32,000 bases of DNA from positions 8,460,001 through 8,492,000 of the forward strand of contig NZ_CP042911.1 in NCBI RefSeq assembly GCF_008065095.1, read 5' to 3'. Below, piece after piece: positions 1 to 7,519 of this stretch. The DNA is from Gemmata obscuriglobus. GTDB taxonomy: Bacteria; Planctomycetota; Planctomycetia; Gemmatales; Gemmataceae. The notes below the pieces were generated by a model that saw nothing but the letters and a program-made list of their open reading frames with translations, ran no database searches and was not told the DNA's origin. Every line of letters starts with the position of its first letter. The first letter of the stretch is position 1. The position numbers and the translations under genes are program-made.

Positions 1-748
1 TCCTGAGTTCCTCGTCGAACAGCCGGAAGTAAGCTTGGGTGTTACGTTCCGGGTCGGACACCGTGTCCCACCCGAGCCCAAACCATCTCCGATCGCCCTC
101 CGTCGCGCGCGGGTCGGTGATGCGCTCGCCGTTGCGGTCGCGGTTGCCGAAGTTGTCCTCGACCCACTTTGCCAGATCCGCGAGCGCCGACGCCACGGTC
201 TGCACGGCCCCGATGAACGTCACGAGCACGGGAATGCCGAGCCCGATGATCGTCGTCAGGAACCCTTCCAGGCCCGGCCCGATGGCGTTGGTGAGTACGG
301 CCGCCGCGGACGTGAACGCGGTGGCGAGTAGCACCGTCGCCGGGAGCAGCACGGGCGCGACGGTCGCGGCGAATAACTGCACCGACTTGCCGAGGGTGCC
401 AAACCCGCTGGTGACCGACCCGAGCGCGGCCCCCAGGACCGCCATCGGCCCGGCGACAGCAGCGAACTTGGCGAGCACGGGCGCAAACATGCTCCCGAGG
501 CGACTGGGGGCAGGGTCAGCCGGGCCGGCCGGGGTAGGCTGTGGCGGTGCGCCGCCGGCGACACCGCTGACCGGAAGCGGTTTTGGGCCGACGACGATTA
601 CGGGTTGCGGCCGGTCGTGGATCGGCAACCAGCCGCCGTCGTTGGTATCGCGCTCGGCCTGCTGGTTGGCGAAGATAATCGCCTGGGGCAGCCCGGAGAT
701 TGCCCCGGCGAGGAGTTGCAGCGCGGCGGCAAGTGCGGGGTCGTTCAC
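1..748 (-). CDS. Tape measure protein, N-terminal part (3' end truncated by window edge)
   Basis: Not in the ORF track because no stop lies in the window. Hand translation from GTG (complement of 746-748) gives VNDPALAAALQLLAGAISGLPQAIIFANQQAERDTNDGGW...FAPVLAKFAAVAGPMAVLGAALGSVTSGFGTLGKSVQLFAATVAPVLLPATVLLATAF..., with hydrophobic A/G/L/V-rich segments typical of tape measures. The GTG overlaps the TGA of the chaperone -1 frame (GTGA). It sits directly after the G/GT pair. Confidence 0.75.
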   Translation of the reverse strand, partial: MNDPALAAALQLLAGAISGLPQAIIFANQQAERDTNDGGWLPIHDRPQPVIVVGPKPLPVSGVAGGAPPQPTPAGPADPAPSRLGSMFAPVLAKFAAVAGPMAVLGAALGSVTSGFGTLGKSVQLFAATVAPVLLPATVLLATAFTSAAAVLTNAIGPGLEGFLTTIIGLGIPVLVTFIGAVQTVASALADLAKWVEDNFGNRDRNGERITDPRATEGDRRWFGLGWDTVSDPERNTQAYFRLFDEELR

Positions 749-1466
749 TGTTGCACCCTTTTCTCGCGTTCCTCACGCGCGGCCCGCTTGGCTTGCTCCT
801 CGGCCCACCCCCGCGCGATGCGCTCGGGGTCCGTGATGCCGAGGTAAAAGCACCGTGTTGCGAAGAGGGCCATCTCGCCCGGCTTGCGCGGCCCCGCTGG
901 CAGCGCCAGCTCCGGCCGTCCCTCGCCGTCGCGGTGGTGCGCAAACAGCGCTGTTAGCTGGTCGTCGGTGAGCCCGGCGAGGTAGTCGATTCGGTGGTTG
1001 AAGGGCGGGTTGGCGAGCTGGACGAGAAGAAGTCGCTTGGCAATCCGAGCGTCACCCGGACTGCCTCTAAGACTTTTGGGTCGTTGGTCGCCCTGCTCAC
1101 CATGAGTGCGGCGATTTTCTTGGCCTCGAGTTCGACGAGCCGCTCGGCCAGCTCGAACGTGAGCCCCTGATCGCGGCACATGATCGTCAGCAACTTGGCC
1201 AGCCCGAGCGGTGTCATCAACCGCTTGACGACGATCTCTCCGCCCCATTCATACACGCCTGCGGCAACGTCCTGCCCGTGAAAGCGCTCGGCCCGCTCGC
1301 GGGCGGCGTCGTCCTGGTAGCGGCGGCGCGCAATGCCATCGTAGGCGAGTTGCTCGAGCCACACTTGGTACTCGCCCTGATGCGCATTTGTGGGCTTGCC
1401 GATCCGGTAGGTTTTCCCGTCGAGAACGAACTCGGTCGGGGCGTTGACGAAGTCTGCGAGTGTCAC
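745..1466 (-). CDS. Tail assembly chaperone, GT-like product made by -1 programmed frameshift at 1074-1080
   Basis: The -1 frame (ORF 745..1248) is open from the slippery site and only looks protein-like downstream of it (...LLLVQLANPPFNHRIDYLAGLTDDQLTALFAHHRDGEGRPELALPAGPRKPGEMALFATRCFYLGITDPERIARGWAEEQAKRAAREEREKRVQQ). It ends at a TGA overlapping the tape measure GTG. Confidence 0.7.
954..1466 (-). CDS. Tail assembly chaperone, G-like (zero-frame product)
   Basis: 170-aa ORF (MTLADFVNAPTEFVLDGKTYRIGKPTNAHQGEYQVWLEQLAYD...) between tail tube and tape measure. Its ATG overlaps the stop of the tail tube gene (ATGA). The C-terminal ~30 aa (S/T/P-rich) look non-native, consistent with a frameshift partner. 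Confidence 0.8.
   Translation of the reverse strand: MTLADFVNAPTEFVLDGKTYRIGKPTNAHQGEYQVWLEQLAYDGIARRRYQDDAARERAERFHGQDVAAGVYEWGGEIVVKRLMTPLGLAKLLTIMCRDQGLTFELAERLVELEAKKIAALMVSRATNDPKVLEAVRVTLGLPSDFFSSSSPTRPSTTESTTSPGSPTTS
1039..1080 (-). promoter_or_regulatory. -1 ribosomal frameshift signal: slippery heptamer C_CCA_AAA, 8-nt spacer and 9-bp stem-loop
   Basis: On the minus strand, CCCAAAA (complement of 1074-1080) is phased as gaC CCA AAA in the G frame. After the spacer gtcttaga comes the stem GGCAGTCCG (1057-1065) / CGGATTGCC (1039-1047), with one G-U pair and a 9-nt loop. Confidence 0.7.
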
Positions 1467-1864
1467 CCGATGTTCTCCGTGAACGCGCCCTGGCTCTTAA
1501 CCGTGCAGTCGTACATGACGCGGCCCTTGACTTCCCCGCCGTACTTGGCCCGAAACACCTTAGCGTTTGGGAAGTGGTACGCCGGCACCACGTCGTTGAG
1601 GTTCGTGTACAACTTCAAATCTTGGAGAGCGGTGCCGGTCGCCACGCCGCTGAAGTCGCCGTCCACAATGTCGACGACGAACGTGATGTTGACTGTTGCC
1701 CCGATGACCCCACCTTCCGGCCAGTCGTAACCTTCGTCCTCGCCGGTAGTCGCGTCCAATTCCTGTAGCTCTGGGCCCACGCTCCACATCTGTGCCCCGG
1801 GCACCAGCACGGGACTCATGCCACCCATCTTGACGGCAATGTGACTGCCTGAAATTGGGGGCAT
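1463..1864 (-). CDS. Major tail (tail tube) protein
   Basis: 133-aa ORF immediately upstream of the G/GT chaperones. It is beta-rich (…GATVNITFVVDIVDGDFSGVATGTALQDLKLYTNLNDVVPAYHFPNAKVFRAKYGGEVKG…), starts at ATG, and has a GGAGGAG Shine-Dalgarno inside the end of the upstream gene. Confidence 0.75.
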   Translation of the reverse strand: MPPISGSHIAVKMGGMSPVLVPGAQMWSVGPELQELDATTGEDEGYDWPEGGVIGATVNITFVVDIVDGDFSGVATGTALQDLKLYTNLNDVVPAYHFPNAKVFRAKYGGEVKGRVMYDCTVKSQGAFTENIG

Positions 1865-1867
1865 GTC

Positions 1868-2152
1868 TCAGCTCCTCCACCGCGCGCAGGTGATCGGGTA
1901 TTTGTCGTCCGCCAGTTCGCCGACGGCGGTCGCGCGCCACCAGCGCCCGGCGGTGTCGCGCAGGTAGTCGGTTTCGGCTTGCGGCACGAGGTCGCGGAGC
2001 CCATGGGAATCCACCAGCCACGTCACGGATTCGCTGGCCTCGTCGTCGCCGGGCTTCAGCGCCGCGGACAACCCGGCGATCTTGCGCGAGGGCGGCGCAC
2101 CCGGCGCGGGCAATCGCTGGAACAGCGGGATGTATCGCGTTTCTCGGCTCAC
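1868..2152 (-). CDS. Hypothetical head-tail joining / tail terminator-slot protein (94 aa)
   Basis: The track ORF 1868..2281 is trimmed to the GTG at 2152, which forms a GTGA overlap with the stop of the upstream gene (2149). The sequence before that start is Arg-rich overlap noise. Function is assigned by position only. Confidence 0.55.
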   Translation of the reverse strand: MSRETRYIPLFQRLPAPGAPPSRKIAGLSAALKPGDDEASESVTWLVDSHGLRDLVPQAETDYLRDTAGRWWRATAVGELADDKYPITCARWRS

Positions 2153-2622
2153 GTGCGTGTCTCCAAAACCTCGACGGTAAACACCTGTGTCGAGAAGTTG
2201 AACGCCTTGCTTAGCGCGCCCGGGTCGAACGGCGCCTTGCCCACGGTGGTGACGGTGTTGAAGTCGGTCACGCCCGCCCAACTGCCGACCGCCTGCAACT
2301 TTTTCCGCACCCGATCGAGCCAGTCGCGCACCGCCGGATCGTCGCCGGCCTTCTCGCCGCCGGCGGTCACGATCGTGACGGCGCAGGGGTACTTCACCAG
2401 GTCGGTTTCGGCGTCGATCTTTTCGACGGCCCCGAACTCACCCACGCTCACCACGACCTGGGGGAGCCCCTTGCGGTCGCCATCGGGTACGCTCGGCGTT
2501 TTCCGCTTGGTGACCGGCACCGCCGTTGTGAGCGGTTCACCCGCGGCCGGGCGCGTCAGCCCCAGCGCTTCGACCGCGGCTTTCGCGGCATCACCAACAG
2601 CCTCGCTGACGCTCAGTGCCAC
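2149..2622 (-). CDS. Hypothetical neck/connector-module protein (157 aa)
   Basis: Clean 157-aa ORF (MALSVSEAVGDAAKAAVEALGL...KYPCAVTIVTAGGEKAGDDPAVRDWLDRVRKKLQ...) with a GTG start, lying between capsid and tail tube genes. Confidence 0.65.
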   Translation of the reverse strand: MALSVSEAVGDAAKAAVEALGLTRPAAGEPLTTAVPVTKRKTPSVPDGDRKGLPQVVVSVGEFGAVEKIDAETDLVKYPCAVTIVTAGGEKAGDDPAVRDWLDRVRKKLQAVGSWAGVTDFNTVTTVGKAPFDPGALSKAFNFSTQVFTVEVLETRT

Positions 2623-2628
2623 GGCCCG

Positions 2629-2991
2629 CTACCTCTTGATCACCACGTTCGCGGTGTACACCTGACCCATTGCGATCTGTTCCAGGTCCGTTACCACCCA
2701 CACGGTTCCGCTGGCCTCAGTGATGGTGTCTTTCGCCTTCAGCGCCCACGTGACCCGGTCTGCTTTGATCACGAATCGCGTGGCATCAGAACCCACATCG
2801 CCACCGCCGCCCACGCCGAAGGGCTGACGCCGGCGACCGCGTTTCAGCGCCGGCACCGCTGCTACTGTTGTGACAGCGGTGCCGGCGTCCGCATCGGCGC
2901 GGGTGACGGTGACCGGAGCGAGCAGAGGCGCCATCAACTGCTCGAAGTCCGCGCCGATGTTTGCGAACGCTTCGGCCCACGGATCGGCCAC
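2629..2991 (-). CDS. Hypothetical head-tail adaptor-slot protein (120 aa)
   Basis: 120-aa ORF with a GTG start preceded by GAGGT, in the connector module. Function is assigned by position only. Confidence 0.6.
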   Translation of the reverse strand: MADPWAEAFANIGADFEQLMAPLLAPVTVTRADADAGTAVTTVAAVPALKRGRRRQPFGVGGGGDVGSDATRFVIKADRVTWALKAKDTITEASGTVWVVTDLEQIAMGQVYTANVVIKR

Positions 2992-2994
2992 GGT

Positions 2995-3219
2995 TTACCT
3001 CGCAACGCTGCGGTGCGTGAACACAGGGTTGGTTTCCGGAGCGGCCCCGGGAATCGCGCGCAGGCTCTTCTCTTGCTCCAACAGGCTCTCGTAATAGCTC
3101 TTGCGGTCTATGCTCACGCCGTCGATCGTGTAGTTCGGCAGTGGATTCGCAAGCACTTCCGCGATCTTCGCTGTCACGTCGCGGTAGGCGGCTTGCAAGT
3201 TCTGGAGCGGGGTCGGCAT
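2995..3219 (-). CDS. Hypothetical small head-completion/connector protein (74 aa)
   Basis: ATG start with AAGGAGA 8 nt upstream. The helical sequence (MPTPLQNLQAAYRDVTAKIAEVLANPLPNYTIDGVSIDRKSYYESLLEQEKSL...) is plausible. One copy of the junction motif lies just upstream. Confidence 0.65.
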   Translation of the reverse strand: MPTPLQNLQAAYRDVTAKIAEVLANPLPNYTIDGVSIDRKSYYESLLEQEKSLRAIPGAAPETNPVFTHRSVAR

Positions 3220-3235
3220 CGGCTCGTTCTCCTTT

Positions 3236-3251
3236 GCCCGGCCGATGTCAC
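3236..3251 (-). repeat. Junction motif copy A (coding strand GTGACATCGGCCGGGC)
   Basis: The 16-mer gcccggccgatgtcac is identical to the copy at 11918-11933. It lies between the stop at 3253 and the ATG at 3219. Confidence 0.8.
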
Positions 3252-3252
3252 G

Positions 3253-3534
3253 TCAGTCCGGCAGAGCCAGCGATGCGCCGCTGAGCAGGCGGTCCCACAG
3301 TGGCGCGCGAGGCTCTTCGGCGGCCATCTTGTTCCGCATCCACATGACGGCCTGTTGCATGCGGAGCGAGGTCGCATCGTCCGGCACGGCCAGGCCATAA
3401 CGTCGGCCGCCCAGGTGCGCCACCAGAACGGTGGCTTCAACGCCGTTCACGTCACGTCTGGTGGCGGTGACCTTCTCGGGCAAGGTCACTCGCGTCCCGT
3501 CCGGATGCACTAAATCACGTCCGTCAATCCGCAT
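3253..3534 (-). CDS. Hypothetical protein (93 aa)
   Basis: ORF with an ATG start and a GAGGGG SD, in the structural operon. Confidence 0.6.
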   Translation of the reverse strand: MRIDGRDLVHPDGTRVTLPEKVTATRRDVNGVEATVLVAHLGGRRYGLAVPDDATSLRMQQAVMWMRNKMAAEEPRAPLWDRLLSGASLALPD

Positions 3535-3546
3535 CGTGGTTGCCCC

Positions 3547-3957
3547 TCAGTCCGGCAGCTCGGTAACGACCAGGCGGACGGCCTTGCTGTCGATGTCCTC
3601 GGGATCAACCTTTTCGGCGCGCAGGTATTCCGCTTCGGCCTCCGCGCGGTCCGGTGCGAGGACATACCGTTGGGTCCGCACGCCCGAGGGGTGCCCTTCG
3701 AGGCGCAGTTTGAAGCGCTTCAGCCCGCCGCCGGCGCGGTCTGACGGTTCGCACAGTCGCGCGAGGCCCGAGGCGGGCGCGGTCTCTTCGGCCCCTTCCT
3801 CCGATTCCTTCGCCTTGCCGGCGCCCTGGCGCCCCGCTCTGCCCGGAGTTTTCCCGGTGGCTTTCGGTGGCGTCGGGGCTTTGCTCTCGGTCTGGCTGCC
3901 GCCGGCCGCGAGCGCTGCCGCGGCGGCCTGAAGTTCGCTGGTCTGGCTCTCGGCCAT
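3547..3957 (-). CDS. Hypothetical protein (136 aa), low-complexity N-terminus
   Basis: ORF directly downstream of the major capsid gene. It has an A/G/K/E-rich N-terminal half and a structured C-terminal part (…RFKLRLEGHPSGVRTQRYVLAPDRAEAEAEYLRAEKVDPEDIDSKAVRLVVTELPD). Confidence 0.6.
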   Translation of the reverse strand: MAESQTSELQAAAAALAAGGSQTESKAPTPPKATGKTPGRAGRQGAGKAKESEEGAEETAPASGLARLCEPSDRAGGGLKRFKLRLEGHPSGVRTQRYVLAPDRAEAEAEYLRAEKVDPEDIDSKAVRLVVTELPD

Positions 3958-4021
3958 GATCGTTGCCCTTTGTGGTCAGGGTGTCAGACAGGGGCCGCCC
4001 GGCGCGCGAGCGGTCGCGCTG

Positions 4022-5227
4022 TCACGCGGTGCATTTCACCATCTTGCGCGGCTGGACGGTGCTGAACGTGCTGCGCTTGGACACCTTGCTCTGGAAGATG
4101 ATGTCCTGATCGAACTCGAGTTGGCTGCCGGCGCCCATCGTGGTGACCGTCAGCGGCCAGTTCTCGATCTGCTCGAACGCGGCGCCGATGTCGCCGATGA
4201 ACCAGGTGGTGTCGGAGCCGGACACGGCCCGGAACAACTGGCTGCTCATCGCCTGGATCTGGCCGACGATATCCCCGGTCGGGTTGGGGATCTCCGCGGA
4301 GGCCGGGTTGCCCGAGGTCGCGAACCCGGGCGCGGTGCGGCGCACCATGCCCTTGAGGGCGAACGGCACGGTGAAGGCCAGCGCCGGGGGAACGCAGATG
4401 TGCTTCACGGTCACGTTCTGCGGCTCGCCGGTGGCGGGGTCGAGCATCTCCACAAGGCACTGCCACGCGGCCTGAACGTCGGTGTAATCGACGAGCGCGT
4501 TGGACGCGACGAGGTTATCCCAGGAGTGGAGCCCGCTGTTGTCGCCGTAGGTCGGCAACGGGCCGTAGTTGCGCCAGCGGTAGCGATACTGGTTCTTCGG
4601 GGTCTCCCCCGCGTCCACGATGCAGGTGATGGCGCGCTTCTCGTCGCTCACGCCCTGCCACTCGCCCAGCGAGTCGAGCTTGGTCATGAACTCGCCGGTC
4701 TGGTCGAAGAACACGGCTTCCTTCGTCGCCCGCGCGACCATCCCGCGCTTGCGGGTTTCGGGCGTGTCGGTCCAGTCCTCGCCGACGCCCACTTCCGGGT
4801 ACGGCTTCCCCTCCTCGACCACATCGCTTTCGTCGCCCACGTGGGTAACGCCCGGGATGCGCTCGAACTTGAACTTACTCGGACGGGTCGGAATGGCGTT
4901 CACGAACACGCGGGCAGGCACATCGTAAGCGGCGAGCACGCGCTCGTAGGCGAACTGCTGGGTGATGTTGAGGAATGCGGTGGTGCTGTTCGCGCCCGCG
5001 GACTCCTCGACTCGCGCGGCACGTAGCACCCCGTGCGCGCGCTCGGCGCAGTCGCCCAGGTTCTGGCGGCAGTGGCGGAAGTTGTTCCACCCGAAGCACT
5101 CGACGAACAGGTCGCCGAGGTCCAGGTCATCCGTGCGGATCGCGCCCCCGCGGAGCGAGGCCCGCAGCCCGGCCTCCGTTTCCGCCGGGTGGCGTTTGTA
5201 CGATTCAACCAACTTGGCGGTGTTCAT
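4022..5227 (-). CDS. Major capsid protein (putative HK97-fold), 401 aa
   Basis: The track ORF 4022..5578 is trimmed to the ATG at 5227 (MNTAKLVESYKRHPAETEAGLRASL...), because the upstream 117 codons are Arg/Pro-rich noise. It is the largest head-module ORF after the protease, with a sequence typical of a structural protein. Confidence 0.75.
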   Translation of the reverse strand: MNTAKLVESYKRHPAETEAGLRASLRGGAIRTDDLDLGDLFVECFGWNNFRHCRQNLGDCAERAHGVLRAARVEESAGANSTTAFLNITQQFAYERVLAAYDVPARVFVNAIPTRPSKFKFERIPGVTHVGDESDVVEEGKPYPEVGVGEDWTDTPETRKRGMVARATKEAVFFDQTGEFMTKLDSLGEWQGVSDEKRAITCIVDAGETPKNQYRYRWRNYGPLPTYGDNSGLHSWDNLVASNALVDYTDVQAAWQCLVEMLDPATGEPQNVTVKHICVPPALAFTVPFALKGMVRRTAPGFATSGNPASAEIPNPTGDIVGQIQAMSSQLFRAVSGSDTTWFIGDIGAAFEQIENWPLTVTTMGAGSQLEFDQDIIFQSKVSKRSTFSTVQPRKMVKCTA

Positions 5228-5277
5228 TGCGTCGGTCCCGGGTGGTCTGTGGTGGGGGCGTTGTTCGGGGTCGGGTG

Positions 5278-5991
5278 TTAGCGCGCCTGCCAGCAGCCGA
5301 TGTAATCGACCAGCGTGGTTTCGAGGCTCGTGCTGCCGTTCTTGCCGCCCACGAACAGGTTGACGTTCGCGATCGCGGTGAGCAGCAACTGGTGGCGGAT
5401 CGGCTGACCGGTCGCGGCCGAAATCATGAGCCGGCCGTCGATCGTGGGAACGCAGGTCGCGTAGTTGCCGAACGCGTCGAGGATCTCGATGCCGAGCTGC
5501 TGGTAACTCGCCCCGCCGGCCGCTTCGACGCTCTGGCTGACGGTCACGTCGGTCCCGTTGCGGGTGACGAACCGCCACACGTTTTCCCCGTCCACCTTGT
5601 AAATCGCGATCACCGCGCCACTGGCGCGCATCCCACCGCCGTTGTCGACGATCAGGTCCGCCGCCGGCGACGAGGCCAGGCCGAACGCGACGTTGGCCGC
5701 CGCAGTGTTCGCCTCGGTGAACTGGATCAGCGCTTCGGCGTACAGCGGTTTGTTGGCCGCCGGCTTGAACAAGGCGTTGGTGGTGGCGAGGTACGCTTCG
5801 TCGTTGTCGGCTACGCTTCCGTCGGAGTTGGTGAGCGTGGCGATCCCGCCGACGCCGGCGGCGGCGATCGACCCGGCGTCGGTGAGGACGGCTGTCCAGA
5901 GGTGCGGACTGATGTACCAGGGGAAGTCATCGTAGACCCCGTGCAGGTCCTTCGCTTCCTTCAGGACTTGGGCCATGCGAACGATGTTCAT
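5278..5991 (-). CDS. Putative capsid decoration / auxiliary head protein (237 aa; alternative TTG start at 6030)
   Basis: Beta-rich ORF (…DFPWYISPHLWTAVLTDAGSIAAAGVGGIATLTNSDGSVADNDEAYLATTNALFKPAANKPLYAEALIQFTEANTAAANVAFGLA…) between protease-scaffold and major capsid. This is the slot held by decoration protein D in lambda-like gene order. The function is positional. Confidence 0.6.
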   Translation of the reverse strand: MNIVRMAQVLKEAKDLHGVYDDFPWYISPHLWTAVLTDAGSIAAAGVGGIATLTNSDGSVADNDEAYLATTNALFKPAANKPLYAEALIQFTEANTAAANVAFGLASSPAADLIVDNGGGMRASGAVIAIYKVDGENVWRFVTRNGTDVTVSQSVEAAGGASYQQLGIEILDAFGNYATCVPTIDGRLMISAATGQPIRHQLLLTAIANVNLFVGGKNGSTSLETTLVDYIGCWQAR

Positions 5992-6050
5992 GGTCGCGGT
6001 CTCGTGTGGACGGGTTAAGTGGACGGGCAACGGGCGGCGGGCTCAGCCGA

Positions 6051-7223
6051 TCAGGCGATCCACGCCGCGAACTCTTTCGGGTCCGACGGGGGCGCCCCCT
6101 CGGTGGCCTTCTTCGGCGGCGTGATGGCCTCGGTGGTGATGCGCCCCCGGCCCGCGCTGCTCGGCCGCTCGGGAACGTCGGCCGGGGCACCACTCGCTTT
6201 CTTGAGCCGCTCGGCAACGGCTTTACGCCGCTCTTTTGGAGCCGCTGCGATCGTGTCCAGGTCGGCGCGATCGGGCCGGTAACCGATCGAATCACACACG
6301 TCCAGCGCCTCGCTGATCGCGTTGCTCGCGGGCCGCCGGCTCTCCGGCGTGGTGTCGTCGCCGTCGTCGCCGCCCCCGGTTTCCGGGTCGCCGTCCTTAT
6401 TCGGGGTGCCGTCCGTGTTCACCTTGGCGTGCGCGGCGAACATCTCTTTCAGCTTGCCGAGCACCTCTTTGGCTTTCGCCGGGTCGTCGAGACCCTGCTG
6501 AACCAGGCCCATGCACGCCTGATTAAAGGCCGCGGTGATGCCCTCGCTCGGGTCCGCATCCCCCGCAGGCTCGTCGACCGGTGAATCCATCAGGCCGCCC
6601 ATCGCCGCGTCGTCCTCGGCGACCAGTAGCAGCTTGCGCGCGGCCCGCTGGCGCGACTCGACGAGTCGCCCGCGGAGTCGATCGATTACGGCCCGGAGCG
6701 TCGTCTTCACGGCGGTTCCCTCGAATAAGCCTTTGGTGGTGGCAGGTTGAGCGACGAGATCGATCGACTCGACGGAGCGGATGGCCTCGACCATTTCGCG
6801 CCCGCCGGTGCCGGGCCGGGTGTCACAGAGCGCGACGTGGCTGAAGCCGAAGAGCGCGGGGTTGCGCTCGGCGGCCTCCATGACGCGCTCGTACATCGGA
6901 TGCGATTTGAGGAGGTTCAAGGTGCCGCGCGGGCGGCCGTCGGGTCCGGGGCGGACGTTGGTGAACCACCCGAGCCGGCGCTCAACAGTGCTCTCGCGGC
7001 TGTGGTCACAGTTGACGGGCCGGCCCTCGTACTTCGCGCAGTCGCGCTTCAGCACGGCAACGGGGTAATCGCGCCCGTTGGCGCTGCTGGTGCCGCAGAT
7101 GAGCACGCCGTCAATGGTGCCCGCGGTGCGGTTCGGCTTGGCGCCGCGGAGTGGCTCCGCGGTCCACTCGCGCACGAGTTGTTGGGTGGTGGCCGCTTCC
7201 GCGACGCGCTTTTTCTTCGCCAT
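6051..7223 (-). CDS. Prohead protease fused to a scaffold-like C-terminal region (390 aa)
   Basis: The N-terminal part has an S78-like prohead protease pattern (…YEGRPVNCDHSRE…RLGWFTNVRPGPDGRPRGTLNLL…SIDLVAQPATTKGLFEG). The C-terminal half is helical and charged (…AKEVLGKLKEMFAAHAKV…). It sits between portal and capsid genes. Confidence 0.7.
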   Translation of the reverse strand: MAKKKRVAEAATTQQLVREWTAEPLRGAKPNRTAGTIDGVLICGTSSANGRDYPVAVLKRDCAKYEGRPVNCDHSRESTVERRLGWFTNVRPGPDGRPRGTLNLLKSHPMYERVMEAAERNPALFGFSHVALCDTRPGTGGREMVEAIRSVESIDLVAQPATTKGLFEGTAVKTTLRAVIDRLRGRLVESRQRAARKLLLVAEDDAAMGGLMDSPVDEPAGDADPSEGITAAFNQACMGLVQQGLDDPAKAKEVLGKLKEMFAAHAKVNTDGTPNKDGDPETGGGDDGDDTTPESRRPASNAISEALDVCDSIGYRPDRADLDTIAAAPKERRKAVAERLKKASGAPADVPERPSSAGRGRITTEAITPPKKATEGAPPSDPKEFAAWIA

Positions 7224-7224
7224 G

Positions 7225-7250
7225 CCCCGGCCGATGTCACGCGGCCGGGG
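7225..7250 (-). repeat. Junction motif copy C embedded in a perfect 9-bp hairpin
   Basis: The sequence ccccggccg-atgtcacg-cggccgggg carries the 15-mer cccggccgatgtcac at 7226-7240. It ends 2 nt from the protease ATG (7221-7223) and contains the TGA of the 49-aa ORF. Confidence 0.8.
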
Positions 7251-7386
7251 TTGCGTTGCTCTGGAGGTGTTTCAGCAGCTCGGCCAGTTGCTCGGGATCG
7301 TCCGCCATCGCCTGAAGGCGCTCCGCGGTCGCGTCGTCGCCCTCGTCGCGGGCCTGAAGGATGGCGGCGGTGAGTACGTCGTTCAT
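7237..7386 (-). CDS. Small acidic hypothetical protein (49 aa; below the ORF-track cutoff)
   Basis: Hand translation gives MNDVLTAAILQARDEGDDATAERLQAMADDPEQLAELLKHLQSNATPAA. A GGAGA lies 12 nt upstream of the ATG, and the TGA stop lies inside the junction motif upstream of the protease gene. Confidence 0.4.
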   Translation of the reverse strand: MNDVLTAAILQARDEGDDATAERLQAMADDPEQLAELLKHLQSNATPAA

Positions 7387-7519
7387 CGGTGTTTCGGTCT
7401 CCTACGCGAGCCGCGCGTTCGCCTGCTCGTCGGGCGTTTGCGGGCTGTGCGGTGGTTTGTGCTGTTTGTTCAACTCAACTTCCCTCAGCGCGTCAGTGAT
7501 CCAGGCGGCCTTCTCAGCC

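Noticed and set aside
39-836. 265-aa plus-strand ORF at the window start
   Set aside because: It is antisense to the tape-measure reading frame, which gives a far more protein-like translation and fits the gene order.
4004-4019. Hairpin GCGCGA-gcgg-TCGCGC just downstream of the capsid gene as a terminator or attenuator
   Set aside because: The stem is only 6 bp with no U-tract on the coding strand. Such GC palindromes are expected by chance in this composition.
5228-5578. N-terminal 117-codon extension of the capsid ORF (518-aa version)
   Set aside because: The extension is R/D/P-rich noise that overlaps the 3' end of the upstream gene. The internal ATG at 5227 starts the protein-like sequence.
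3956-6018. Plus-strand ORFs 3956..5026 (356 aa) and 4975..6018 (347 aa)
   Set aside because: They are antisense shadows of the major capsid and decoration-slot genes, with Arg/Gly/Val-rich low-complexity translations.
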